64,000 nt of DNA from the human T2T-CHM13v2.0 reference genome, Homo sapiens. Location: the NCBI RefSeq assembly GCF_009914755.1, contig NC_060946.1; one strand, given 5' to 3'. Positions 1 to 15,848 of this stretch are shown here, piece after piece. The notes beneath the pieces were generated by a model. It had not been told where the DNA came from, ran no database searches, and saw nothing but the letters and a program-made list of their open reading frames with translations. Both the position numbers and the translations under genes were made by a program. Positions within the stretch are counted from its first letter, which is position 1; each line of letters begins with the position of its first letter.

Positions 1-465
1 CTCTGAAGCAATAGCCTGAGCTGTACACTGGCTCCTTTTAGCCATGGCTGGGACACAGGGCACCAAGTCCCAAGACTGCACAGAGCAGCAAAGTTCTGGG
101 CCTGGCCCACAAAACCATTTTTTCCCTCCTAGGCCTCCAACTCTGTGATGGGAGGGGCTGTTGTGAAGAACTCTGACGTTTCCTGGAGACAATTTACCCA
201 TTATCTTGTCAATTAACATTTGGCTCCTTGTTACTTCTGTAAATTTCTGCAGTCAGCTTGAATTTCTCCCCAGAAAATGTGTTTTCTTTTCTATCACATC
301 ATCAGGCTGCAAATCTTCCAAACTTTCATGCTCTGCTCCCTTTTAAACATAAGTTCTAATTCCAAACCATACTTTTGTGAATGCATAAAACTGAACACTT
401 TTAAGAGCACTCAGGTCATAAATTGAACACTTTGCTGCTTACAAATTTCTTCTACCAGATGTCCT
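1..465 (-). mobile_element. MaLR (THE1/MST-type) internal sequence, left part, interrupted by an L1 insertion
   Basis: Similar to the MaLR internal at 41351-43107 (e.g. aaaccatt...tcctaggcctc, gcttacaaatttcttct vs gcttagaaatttcttct). Resumes colinearly at 9320 after a 20-bp TSD. Confidence 0.85.
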
Positions 466-3400
466 GGATGGGTTCCAAGATGGCCAAATAAGAACAGTTC
501 CAGTCTACAGCTCCCAGCATGATCGACACAGAAGATGGGTGACTTCTGCACTTCCAACTGAGGTACCTGGTTCATCTCACTGGGACTGGTTGGACAGTGG
601 GTGCAGGCCCGCAGAGGGTGAGCTGAAGCAGGGTGGGGCGTCGCCTCACCCGGGAAACACAAGGGGGTGGGGGATTTCCCTTTCCTAGCCAAGGGAATCT
701 GTGACAGACTACCTGGAAAAACAGGGCACTCCCACCCAAATACTGCACTTTTCCCAAGGTCTTAGCAACTAGCAGACAAGGTGATTCTCTCCTGTGCCTG
801 GTTCAGTGGGTCCCACACCCATAGAGCCTTGCTCACTGCTAACACAACAGTCTGAAATCCATCTGCGAGGTGGCAGCCTGGCTGGGTGGGGGGCGTCCAA
901 CATTACTGAGGCTTAAGTAGGTAAACAAAGCGGCCAGGGAAGCTTGAACTGGGTGGAGCCCACCGCAGCTCAACAGGGCCCATTGCCTCTAGACTCCATG
1001 TCTGTGGGTGGGGATAGCTGAACAAAAGGCAGCAACTTCTGCAGACTTAAACGTCCCTGTCTGACAGCTCTGAAGAGAGCAGTGGTTTTCCCAGCATGAC
1101 GTTTGAGTTCTGAGAATGGACAGACTGCCTCCTCAAGTAGGTCCCTGACCCCTGTGTAGCCTAACTGGGACACACCTCCCAGTAGGGGCTGACAGACACC
1201 TCATATAGGCGGCTGCCCCTCTTGGACGAAGCTTCCAGAGGAAGGATCAGGCAGCAATATTTGCTGTTCTGCAATATTTGCTGTTCTGAAGCCTCCACTG
1301 GTGATACCCAGGCAAACAGTGTCTGGATTGGAACTCCAGCAAACTCCAACAGATCTGCAGCTGAGGGTCCTGACTGTTAGAAAGAAAACTAAAAAACAGA
1401 AAGGAATAGTGTCAACATTAACAGAAGATCATCTACACCAAAACCCCATCTGTAGGTCAACAATATCAAAGAACAAAGGTAGATAAAACCAGAAGGATGG
1501 GGACAAACCAGAGCAGAAAAGCTGAAAATTCTAAAAATCAGAGCACCTCTTCTCCTCCAAAGGATCACAGCTCCTTGTCAGCAATGGAACAAAGCTGGAC
1601 GGAGAATGACTTTGACGAATTGACAGAAGTAGGCTTCAAAGGTTGGTAATAAAAAACCTCTCCAAGCCAAAGGAGGATGTTGGAACCCATTGCAGGGAAG
1701 CTAAAAACCTTGAAAAAAGATTAGACGAATGGTTTACAAGAATAAACAGTGTAGAGAAGACCTTAAGTGACCCAATGGAGCTGAAAACCATGGCACGAGA
1801 ATTTTGTGATGCATGCACAAGCTTCAATAGCCGATTCAATCAAGTGGAAGAAAGAGTATCAGTGATTGAAGATCAAATAAATGAAATAAAGTGAGAAGAC
1901 AAGGTTAGAGAAACAAGAGTAAAAAGAAATGAAGAAAGCCTCCAAGAAATATGGGACCATGTGAAAAGACCAAATCTATATTTGATTGGTGCACCAGAAA
2001 GTGATGAAGAGAATGGAACCAAGTTGTAAAACACTCTTCAGGATATTATCCAGGAGAAATTCCCCAACCTAGCATGGCAGTCCAACATTCAACTTCAGGA
2101 AATACAGAGAACAACACAAAGATACTCTTTGAGAAGAGCGATTCCAAGACACATAATTGTCAGATTCACCAAGGTTGAAGTGTAGGAAAAAGTGTTAAGG
2201 GCAGCCAGAGAGAAAGGTCAGGTTAGCCAAAAAGGGAAGCCCATCAGACTAACCGCTGATCTCTTGGCAGAAACCCTACAATCCAGAAGAGAGTGGGGGT
2301 CAATATTCAACATTCTTAAAGAAAATAATTTTCAATCCAGAGTTTCACATCCAGCTAAAATAAGCTTCATAAGTGAAGGAGAAAATAAAATTCTTTACTG
2401 ACAAGCAAATGCTGAGAGATTTTTTCACCTCCAGGCCTGCCTTACAAGAGCTCCTGAAGGAAGCACTAAACATGGAAAGAAACACCTGGTACCAGCCAGT
2501 GCAAAAACATGCCAAGTTGTAAAGACCATCAATGCTAGGAAGAAACTGCATCAATTAACGGACAAATAACCAGCGAATATCATAATGACAGGATCAAATT
2601 CACGCATAACAATATTAACTGTAAACGTAAATGGGCTAAATGCCCCAATTAAAGGACACAGACTGGCAAATTGGAGAAAGAGTTAGGACCCATCAGTGTG
2701 CTGTATTCAGGAGACCCATCTCATGTGCAAATTCACACATAGGCTCAAAATAAAGGGATGGAGGAAGATCTACAAAGAAAATGGAAAACAAGAAAAGGCA
2801 GGGGTTGCAATCTTTGTCTCTGATAAAACAGACTTTAAACCAACAAAGATCAAGAGACAAAGAAGGCCATTACGTAATGGTAAAGGGATCAATGCAACAA
2901 GAAGAGCTAACTATCCTAAATATATATGCACCCAATACAAGAGCACCCAGATTCATAAAGCAAGTCCTTAGAGACCTACAAAGAGACTTAGACTCCCACA
3001 CAATAATAAAGGGAGACTTTAACATCCAACTGTCAATATTAGAAAGATCAACAAGACAGAAGGTTAACAAAGATATCCAGGGCCTGAACTCAGCTCTGCA
3101 ACAAACAGACCAAATAGACATCCACAGAACTCTCCACCCCAAATCAACAAAGTATACATTCTTCTCAGCACCACATCTCACTTATTCTAAATTAGACCAC
3201 ATAATTAGAAGTAAAGCACTCCTCACCAAATGTAAAAGAACAGAAATCACAACAAACTGTCTCTCAGACCACATTGCAATCACATTCGAACTTAGGATTA
3301 AGAAGCTCACTCAAAACTGAACAACTACATGGAAACTGAACAATTTGCTCCTGAATGACTGGGTAAATAACAAGATGAAGGCAGAAATAAAGATGTTCTT

Positions 3401-6400
3401 TGAAACCAATGAGAACAAAGAAACAATGTACCAGAATCTCTGGGACACATTTAAAGCAGTGTGTAGGGGGAAATTTATAGCACTAAATGCCCAGAAGAGA
3501 AAGCAGGAAAGATCTAAAATTGACCCCCCAACATCACAATTAAAAGAACTAGAGAAGCAAGAGCAAACACATTCAAAAGCTAGCAGAAGGCAAAAAATAA
3601 TATCAGAGCAGAGCTGAAGGAGACAGAGACACAAAAAACCCTTCAAAAAAGCAATGAATCCAGGAGCTGGTTTTTTGAAAAGATCAACAAAATTGATAGA
3701 CTGCTAGCAAGACTAATAAAGAAGAAAAGAGAGAGGAATCAAATAGGTGCAATAAAAATGATAAAGGGGATATCATCACTGAGCCCAGGGAAATAAAAAC
3801 TACCATCAGAGAATACTATAAACACCTCTACACAAATAAACTTGAACATCTAGAAGAAATGGATAAATTCTGGGACACATACACCCTTGCAAGACTAAAC
3901 CAGGAAGAAGTTGAATCTCCGGATAGACCAATAACAGGCTCTGAAATTGAGGCAATAATTAATAGCCTACCAACAAAAAAAAGTCCAGGACCAGATGGAT
4001 TCACAGCTGAGCTCTACCAGAGGTACAAAGAGGAGCTGGTACCATTCTTTCTGAAACTTTTCCAATCAATAGAAAAAGACAGAATCCTCCCTAATTCATT
4101 TTATGAGGCCAACATCATCCTGATACCAAAGCCTGACAGAGACACAACAACAACAAAAAAAAGAATTTTAGACCAAAATCCCTGATGAACATCGGTGCAA
4201 ATATCCTCAATAAGATACTAACAAACCGAATCCAGCAGCACATCAAAAAGCTTATCCACCATGATCAAGTTGGCATCCCTAGGATGCAAGACTGGATCAA
4301 CATACGCAAATCAATAAATGTAAACCATCATATAAACAGAACCAAAGACAAAAACCACATGATTATCTTAATAGATGCAGAAAAAGCCTTTGACAAAATT
4401 CAACAGCCCTTCATCCTAAGAACTCTCAATAAACTAGGTATTGATGGGACGTATCTCAAAATAATAAGAGCTATTTATTCCAAACCCACAGCCAATATCA
4501 TACTGAATGGACAATAACTGGAAGCATTCCCTTTGAAACCTGGCACAAGACAAGGATTCCCTCTCTCACCACTCCTATTCAACATAGTCTTGGAAGTTCT
4601 GGCCAGGATAATCAGGCAAGAGAATGAAATAAAGGGTATCCAATTAGGAAAAGAGGAAGTCAAATTGTCCCTGTCTTCAGATGACATGATTGTATATTTA
4701 CAAAACCCCATCATCTCAGCCCAAAATCTCCTTAAGCTGATAAGCAACTGCGGCAAAGTCTCAGGATACAAAATCAATGTACAAAAATCACAAGTATTCC
4801 TATACACCAATAACAGACAAACAGAGAGCCAAATCATGAGTGAACTCCCATTCACAATTGCTTCAAAGAGAATAAAATACCTAGGAATCCAACTTACAAG
4901 GGACGTGAAGAGCCTCTTCAAGGAGAACTACAAACCACTGCTCAACAAAATAACAGAGGACACAAACAAATAGAAGAACATTCCATGCTCATGGATAGGA
5001 AGAATCAATATCGTGAAAATGGCCATACAGCCAAAGGTAATTTATAGATTCAATGACGTCCCCATCAAGCTACCAATGACTTTCTTCACAGAATTGGAAA
5101 AAACAACTTTAAAGTTCATATGGAACCAAAAAAGAACCTGCATTGCCAAGTCAATCCTAAGCAAAAAGAACAAAGCTGGAGGCATCACACTACCTGACTT
5201 CAAACTACACTACAAGGCTACAGTAACCAAAACAGCATGGTACTGGTGCCAAAACAGAGATACAGACCAATGAAGCAGAATAGAGCCCTCGGAAATAATA
5301 CCACACATCTACAGCCATCTGATCTTTGACAAACCTCACATAAACAAGAAATGGGGAAAGGATTCCCTATTTCATAAATGGTGCTGGGAAAACTGGCTAG
5401 CCATATGTAGAAAGCTGAAACTGGATCCCTTCCTTACACCTTATATAAAAATTAATTCAAGATGGATTAAAGACTTAAATGTCAGACCTAAAACCATAAA
5501 AACCCTAGAAGAATACCTAGGCAATACCATTCAGGACATAGGCATGGGCAAGGAATTAATGACTAAAACACCAATAGCAATGGCAACAAAAGTCAAAATT
5601 GACAAATGAGATCTAATTAAATTCAAGAGCTTCTGCACAGCAAAAGAAACTACCATCAGAGTGAACAGACAACCTACAGAATGGGAGAAAATTTTTACAA
5701 TCTACCCATCTGACAGAGGGCTACTATCCAGAATCTACAAAGAACTTAAACAAACTTATATGAAAAAATCAAACTACCCCATCAAAAAGTGGGCACAGGG
5801 TATGAACAGACACTTCTCAAATGAAGACATCTATGCAGCCAACAGACACATGAAAAAATGCTCATCATCACTGGCCATCAGAGAAATGCAAATCAAAACC
5901 ACAATGACATACCATCTCACACCAATTACAATGGCGATCATTAAAAAGTCAGGAAACAACAGGTGCTGGAGAGGATATGGAGAAATAGGAACGCTTTTAC
6001 ACTGTTGGTGGGAGTGTAAACTGGTTCAATCATTGTAGAAGACAGTGTGGCAATTCTTCAAGGATATAGAACTAGAAGTACCATTTCACCCAGCCATCCA
6101 ATTACTAGGCATACACCCAAAGGATTGTGAATCTTGCTGCTATAAAGACACATGCACATGTGTGTTTATTGCAGCAATATTCACAATAGCAAAGACTTAG
6201 AGCCAACCTAAATGTCCATCAATGATAGACTGGATTAAGAAAATGTGGCACATATACACCATGGAATACTATGCAGCCATAAAAAGGATGAGATCATGTC
6301 CTTTGTAAGGACATGGATGAAGCTAGAAACGATCATTCTGAGAAAACTATCGCAAGGACAGAAAACTAAACACCACATGTTCTCACTCATAGGTGGGAAT

Positions 6401-6606
6401 TGAACAATGAGAACACTTGGACACAGGGTGGGGAACATCACACACTGGGGTCTGTCATGGAGTGGGGGGAGGGGGGCATAGCATTAGGAGATATATCTAA
6501 TGTAAATGACGAGTTAATGGGTGCAGCACACCAACATGACACATCTATACATATGTAACAAACAAACACATTGTGCACATGTACCCTAGAACTTAAAGTA
6601 TAAAAA
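466..6606 (+). mobile_element. Full-length L1PA (about L1PA5/6), inactive: 5'UTR 466-1496, ORF1 remnant 1497-2522, ORF2 remnant 2585-6403
   Basis: Starts ggttccaagatggcc (YY1 motif). ORF1/ORF2 peptide fragments in the track include EN (LNIYAPNTRAPRF) and RT (DDMIVYL). Multiple stops and frameshifts. The 3'UTR ends ccctagaacttaaagtataaaaa. Confidence 0.97.
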
Positions 6607-6668
6607 TAGAAAAACTATGACACTCTCCTACATACCATATCTGGACAAAAATTATAAATTTTAGATAA

Positions 6669-9297
<2,629 letters not shown>

Positions 9298-9319
9298 CGT
9301 TTCTTCTACCAGATGTCCT

Positions 9320-9664
9320 CAGTCATCTCTCTCAATTTCAAAGTTCCATAAATCTGTAGGGCAAGGGCAAAATGCCACCAGTCTCTTTGCTAAAGCATAG
9401 CAAGAGTGACCTTTACTTCAGTTCCCAACAAGTTCATCTCCATCTCGGACCTCCTCAGCCTGGACTTCACTGTCCAAGTCACTATCAGCAGTTTGGTCAA
9501 AGCCATTCAACAAGTCTCTAGGCAGTTCCAAACTTTCCCGCATCTTCTGATCTTCTTCTGAGTCCTCCCAACTGTTCTAAACTCTGCACATTACACAGTT
9601 CCAAAGTCACTTCCACATTCTCAGGTATCTTATAGCAATACTCCATTACCTCATTATCAAAATC
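9320..9664 (-). mobile_element. MaLR internal sequence, right part, up to its LTR boundary
   Basis: Continues 1-465 and parallels 42690-43107, ending at the position where an LTR is expected. Confidence 0.85.
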
Positions 9665-9703
9665 TATATTAGTCATGGTTCTCTAGAGGGATAGAGCTAA
9701 TAG

Positions 9704-9746
<43 letters not shown>

Positions 9747-10252
9747 GGGAGTTTATTAAGGAGAATTGAATCACACCATCACAAAGTGAAGTCCTACAAC
9801 AGGCCGACTGCAAGTTGAGGAGCAAGGAATCTAGTATTGGCTCAGTCCGAGTCCCAACACCTCAAAAGTAGGGAAACCGACAGGCCAGCTTTGAGTCTCT
9901 GGATGAAGGCCTGAGAGCCCCTGGAAAACAACTGGAGTAAGTCCAAGAGTCCAAAAGCCAAAGAACCTGGAGTCTGATATTTGAGTGCAGGAAGCATCCA
10001 GCATGGGAGAAAGATGAGGGCCAGAAGACTCAGCAAGCCAGCTTCTCCTAACCTTCTTCTGCCTGCTTTATTCTAGCCATGCTGGCAGCTGATTGTATGG
10101 TGCCCACCCACATTGAGGGTGGATCTGCCTTTCCCAGTCCACTAAATAAATGTTAATCTCCTTTGGCAACACCCTCACAGACACAACCGGGAACAATACT
10201 TTGGATCCTTCAACCCAATCAAGTTGACACTTACTTCATATTAACCTTCACA
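9665..10252 (-). mobile_element. MLT2A-family (HERV-L) LTR containing a (TA)n tract at about 9707-9741
   Basis: tatattagtcatggttctctagaggg...caatcaagttgacac...ttaaccttcaca matches the recalled MLT2A consensus in reverse. Confidence 0.85.
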
Positions 10253-10339
10253 ATGTAATATCCCATTTGTAATTTTTCTTTAATATACAAGCTCCTTGAG
10301 AACATGCACCATTTGATCTTGTCTCTCTGTTGTGTTGGG

Positions 10340-10520
10340 CAGCAGTGGAGAAGAGTTAAATGTGTGGGTGTGAAGTGAGACTGTCAGATTTGCATCTTGG
10401 CTCCCCTACTTATTGGATCTCTGTCCTTGAGAAAATTACTTAACATCTTTCTCAGTTTCCTTACCTGTAAATGAGTGGTGACATATATGGAACTTAGAAC
10501 AAGAGCCAAGCAAGTATTCA
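10340..10520 (+). mobile_element. MIR fragment
   Basis: MIR core ttacttaacatctttctcagtttccttacctgtaaatg. Confidence 0.65.
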
Positions 10521-10572
10521 GTAAAAGCTAATGTTGTTGCCTACCGTTTATTCTCAGTGTTTGGCATAGTAG

Positions 10573-10913
<341 letters not shown>

Positions 10914-11497
10914 TGATAACAATATTTTTTGAAAGAATGACAGATACCAATCATGAAGGAAAAGATTTTCACAATTGACAATAAAAAACTTTAACTTCTG
11001 AATGGTAAAAAGAGTGAGAAAATTAAAAGCCAAATTACAAATTGAAAAAACTAAAGTATATAAAACAAAGGTTTTCATTCTCAATTTAATGCAGAATCTT
11101 GACAAATCAAAAAGAATAAAAGGTGAACCCACCTAAAAGAAATAGGCAAAAAACTTTCAAGAAAAGCAATTTACAAAATGCCAATGACTAATAAACATGG
11201 ATATTTAACATCACTAGTATTCAAAGTACTTCATTTATAGAGATCCCTCCTTCACCTATCAAATTAGCAAAGATGAAAAAGGCTAGTAATACCAAGTTTT
11301 GAAGAGAGGTGAGAGGAAATGACAAGTTTATGTACCCTGGTAGGACATGATATTGTGGCAATATGTTTCAGAACACTCATAAATGTATATACCTTTTAGG
11401 TCAACAATTACACTTTTAAGCTTAAGAAAATATGAAGATTAGGTACAAATATTTCTTTATATGTTCAACTAAGTATTATTTTTTTAATTAAAAAAAA

Positions 11498-11778
<281 letters not shown>

Positions 11779-12008
11779 TAATTTAAAAAAATATTTTTAT
11801 AGCAGCACAACGAATTATTATCTTAATAGTAAATATTGGAGTTAACTTTAATTTTGAACAGGATAACTAATCGTGATGCAGCACATTGAGTACTCTTTCA
11901 TTAAGCTAAACAACTATTAAAAATGATATACAAATACATTTACTGAAAAGAAACATGTTTGTGATATACAGTTAAGTGTAAAACAATTCAGGTTATAAGA
12001 ACATATTA

Positions 12009-12316
12009 GGCCGGGTGCGATGGCTCACGCCTGTAATCCCAGCACTTTGGGAGGCCGAGGCAGGCGGATCACGAGGTCAGGAGATCAAGACCATCCTGGC
12101 TAACACGGTGAAACCCTGACTCTACTAAAAATACAAAAAAAATTAGCCGGGCGTGGTGGCGGGCGCCTGTAGTCCCAACTACTTAAGAGGTTGAGGCAGG
12201 AGAATGGCATGAACCTGGGAGGCAGCGCATGCAGTGAGCTGAGATTGTGCCACGGCACTCCAACCTGGGTGACAGAGCAAGACTCCGCCTCAAAAAAAAA
12301 AAAAAAAATAAATAAA
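12009..12316 (+). mobile_element. AluY
   Basis: gaccatcctggctaacacggtg AluY diagnostic and an A-tail. Confidence 0.93.
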
Positions 12317-12361
12317 AGGACATGTTGGTCAATATTCACCGATTTTTATAAGAATATTTGA

Positions 12362-12445
12362 CAGAGAGAGAGGGGTAAGGGAAGGGAAGGGGGAGGAGAG
12401 GGGAAGGGAAGGGAAAGAAAGAAGGGAAGAAGGGAAGGGAAGGGA
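12362..12445. repeat. GA-rich (GGGAA)n low-complexity tract
   Basis: Direct inspection. Confidence 0.9.
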
Positions 12446-13213
12446 ATATGGGTGGATTTATATCAAAAGGTTCAGAAGGAAATGATTCTTTTCTTCTGGA
12501 TGTGACTATTGCAGATTTTATTTTTAACTTTTCCTCTTTTTCTTATTTATTTATATTTTCTTATTTTAAGAGAAACTATAAAACTATATATATTACTTTT
12601 CAACTTAAAAATAGTTTAGTGCTTCAATAATACAGAAGACTCAAACGTTGCAGATAATTAAAGCATTACTAAATGTGGAAATGTTTAGTTACACAATTTC
12701 TGTAGTGATATTCAAGACCAGATATCACCTTGGGAATCAGAACTGGTGCAGTATCTTGTCCTAACACTACCAAAAAGGCATATGGCTGTCCCAGCTCTGT
12801 ATGTTTATGTTGTCTTATAATAGAGCAACCAGTTGTTTATTAGGATAGCCAAAAAGGCGCATTTCAAAAATGCCTATTAAAATATTAGTAGTACAAATAA
12901 TACTGCTGCTTAATTTTTTCTAATGAGAACTGATAAAATTAAAAAGCAACATAAGCAGATAAATAGTAATAATATGGTTTATCAAATTAATTTTCACATG
13001 ATTATTAAAGTGAGATCATGTGTGTAAAGTAGTGGTATCTTAAGCCACCGAAATATCTTCCTTGGTCTGGAATGAGCTTTCTATGGAGATTAAAAAGATG
13101 TTAAATTGAACAGTCTTGGTTAATAAATGAAGAAGCAAAGCCAGAAACCCTGTTTAAAGAACTAATAAAAAAGGTCATGAATGATCTGGCGGTTGTTATA
13201 TTTTCTTGTTTAC

Positions 13214-13389
13214 CCGAGGAGAAGACTATGCTCAAGCATGTATTGAATCCAGTGATAGCCAGAATGTCATCCATACTGCTAGCAGCCATTAGTAAGGTTG
13301 GAATGTCTTCCTCAACACCATATCCATTTTCTTGAAACACCATCGTGTAAAGGACAACAACAGCAGGAGAGACAGCACCTAGAACAAAA
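13214..13389 (-). pseudogene. SLC9B1P: SLC9B1P exon (about parental exon 7), 176 bp
   Basis: tttcag|T FVLGAVSPAVVVLYTMVFQENGYGVEEDIPTLLMAASSMDDILAITGFNTCLSIVFSSG|gtaaac. Confidence 0.95.
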
Positions 13390-14532
13390 CTGAAAGAAAG
13401 AATGAAAATTAATTTAAAAGTATCTTTTTAATCAAGTAGTGTTTTATAAGTACAAGTAGTTTATAATAAATTTATAACAAACATTGTTTAGAAGAATTTC
13501 AAATTTGAGTGAATGCAATTTAATGGTGATAAAACTTTTCATGCATTGTTTAATGCTGGCTAAAATTTTATACAGACGTGGTTTCAAATGTTGGGCTGAG
13601 CACAGGTTGCAGCCTCTCCCTCTATTCCTAAATCCTTTGAAGTGAAGATGTAAAGGTAATAGAAAAATTCATAACCTAACTAGAAAGCAAAAGGTGAATC
13701 ATCAATGGACAAGAAACTAAGTATATGCCAGAAAGATAAGAGACAGACAATTTAGGATTGAAAAAAGGAAACCATAAACCAAAATGTGTTAAATAAGATT
13801 GCCTCAAAAGATACATGTGCTTCTAAAAGTGGTCCAAGCCCTGAAATGACAGATGCTGGGAGCAGGAGAGACCTCTGGGGAAGCCAAATAGTTGATTATT
13901 TGGAGTACCACTGTAAGAATGGTCAGACAAATCTACCTTCCACACATTTCCTACCTCTTGAGTAAATAAGTAAGTAAGGAAGGAAGGAACAGAGTTGTCT
14001 GCCCAAAAAAACAAGTGTGGCCACCTAAGTTACAAAGGCAAATGAGAACATTTCTGGAGTGGTTGATGACACCCATGAGGAATGGCGAGGTTCCCACTCA
14101 GAATACCTTCTATTGGCATATCTTATCCTGAATTTCACCTCATCTCTTCTACATTTACTTTATAAAGCGTGAAGTATATCCTGTGTAGAAATGCTTTTTT
14201 ATGATCCTGCCAGAATCCATTTACCAGGTCAATGAACACATCTCCCAGTGCTTCTTGTTGGCTGCTAATATCTGCAGGTTTCTAGAACCCTTGTCCTGCT
14301 GACAAGCACCTACCTGGGAATACTAGGGAGGTTGTGCACTCCTCTACTTTCCCTCCAGACAGCATCTGCCAATGACGGACTGATGTGAAATTTGCTTCTG
14401 GCTGTACAACTCTATGGCGCAGTTTATGCTACAGATTTCCCTGTGGGCTCAAGAAGAGACTAGACTTCTCTAAGACCACATACTGGTCTAGTTCAGTGGT
14501 TCCTGAACTCTGCTGCACATTGTAATCACCTG

Positions 14533-14815
14533 TTGTATTATTTTTCTCATTTTGCTTAATAAGTCATCCCCAAACATAGCAGCTTAAAACAACAAATATT
14601 TATTGTCTTATGACTTCTGTGGGTCAGGAATCTGGGCATGGCTTAGTTGTATGCCTTGACTTAAGATTTCCCATGAGGTAGGGTGGGGTGGAGAAGATCT
14701 GCTTCCAAGTTTATTCATGTAGCCATTGCAGGCTTCAGTTTTTTTCCAATGGGGTTTTCTCTACAGGGCTGCCTCAGGACATGGCAGCTGGCTTCCCCAG
14801 GAATAAGTGATCAAA
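14533..14815 (-). mobile_element. MLT1-type LTR fragment, preceded by a short MER5-like end at about 14493-14532
   Basis: ccccaaacatagcagcttaaaacaacaaatatttattg...ctgtgggtcaggaatctggg. Confidence 0.6.
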
Positions 14816-14936
14816 GAGAATTTAATCCACAACATCAATTAAAAACACAAAGTATCTAAGAACAAAATTGTGAAGACAGTCTATACTTTTATAAAAATTG
14901 TGAATATAATGATATAATAATTAAGATAATACCTGA

Positions 14937-15155
<219 letters not shown>

Positions 15156-15590
15156 TAATATATAGATGTAATCTCTCCCCCAAATGAATTAATCAGACTT
15201 ACACCAATCAAAATCTTTGCTGGGATTTTTACTGAGCATGACAAGCTGATTATAAAATTCATTTGGAAGAATAAGGTCTTAGAATGAAAGATCAAGTAAA
15301 CTTAAGAAAACAAGATACTGTTTTTGTAAAGGTAAAATAGTTAAAACTGAATAATAGTGACATATAAAAGACAAAATAAATTGGAAGAAAAGAGAATACA
15401 AAGTGTGGAAACAAATCTATGGGATTTGTTACATCATACAATTGGTACTTTAAATCAGTGGGAGAAAGAAAGAAATCTTTCACAAATGGTGTTGAGATAA
15501 CTATTTATGTGGAAAGGAATATAGATAGATCCTTACACATAATAAATGTTAAAAGCTCAAAAGAAAAAGTAGTAATAAGAAAATGTAGTG

Positions 15591-15848
<258 letters not shown>

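Noticed and set aside
1253-1288. 17-bp tandem duplication gcaatatttgctgttct in the L1 5'UTR
   Set aside because: Recalled as a subfamily feature of L1PA of this age rather than locus-specific. Not verified.
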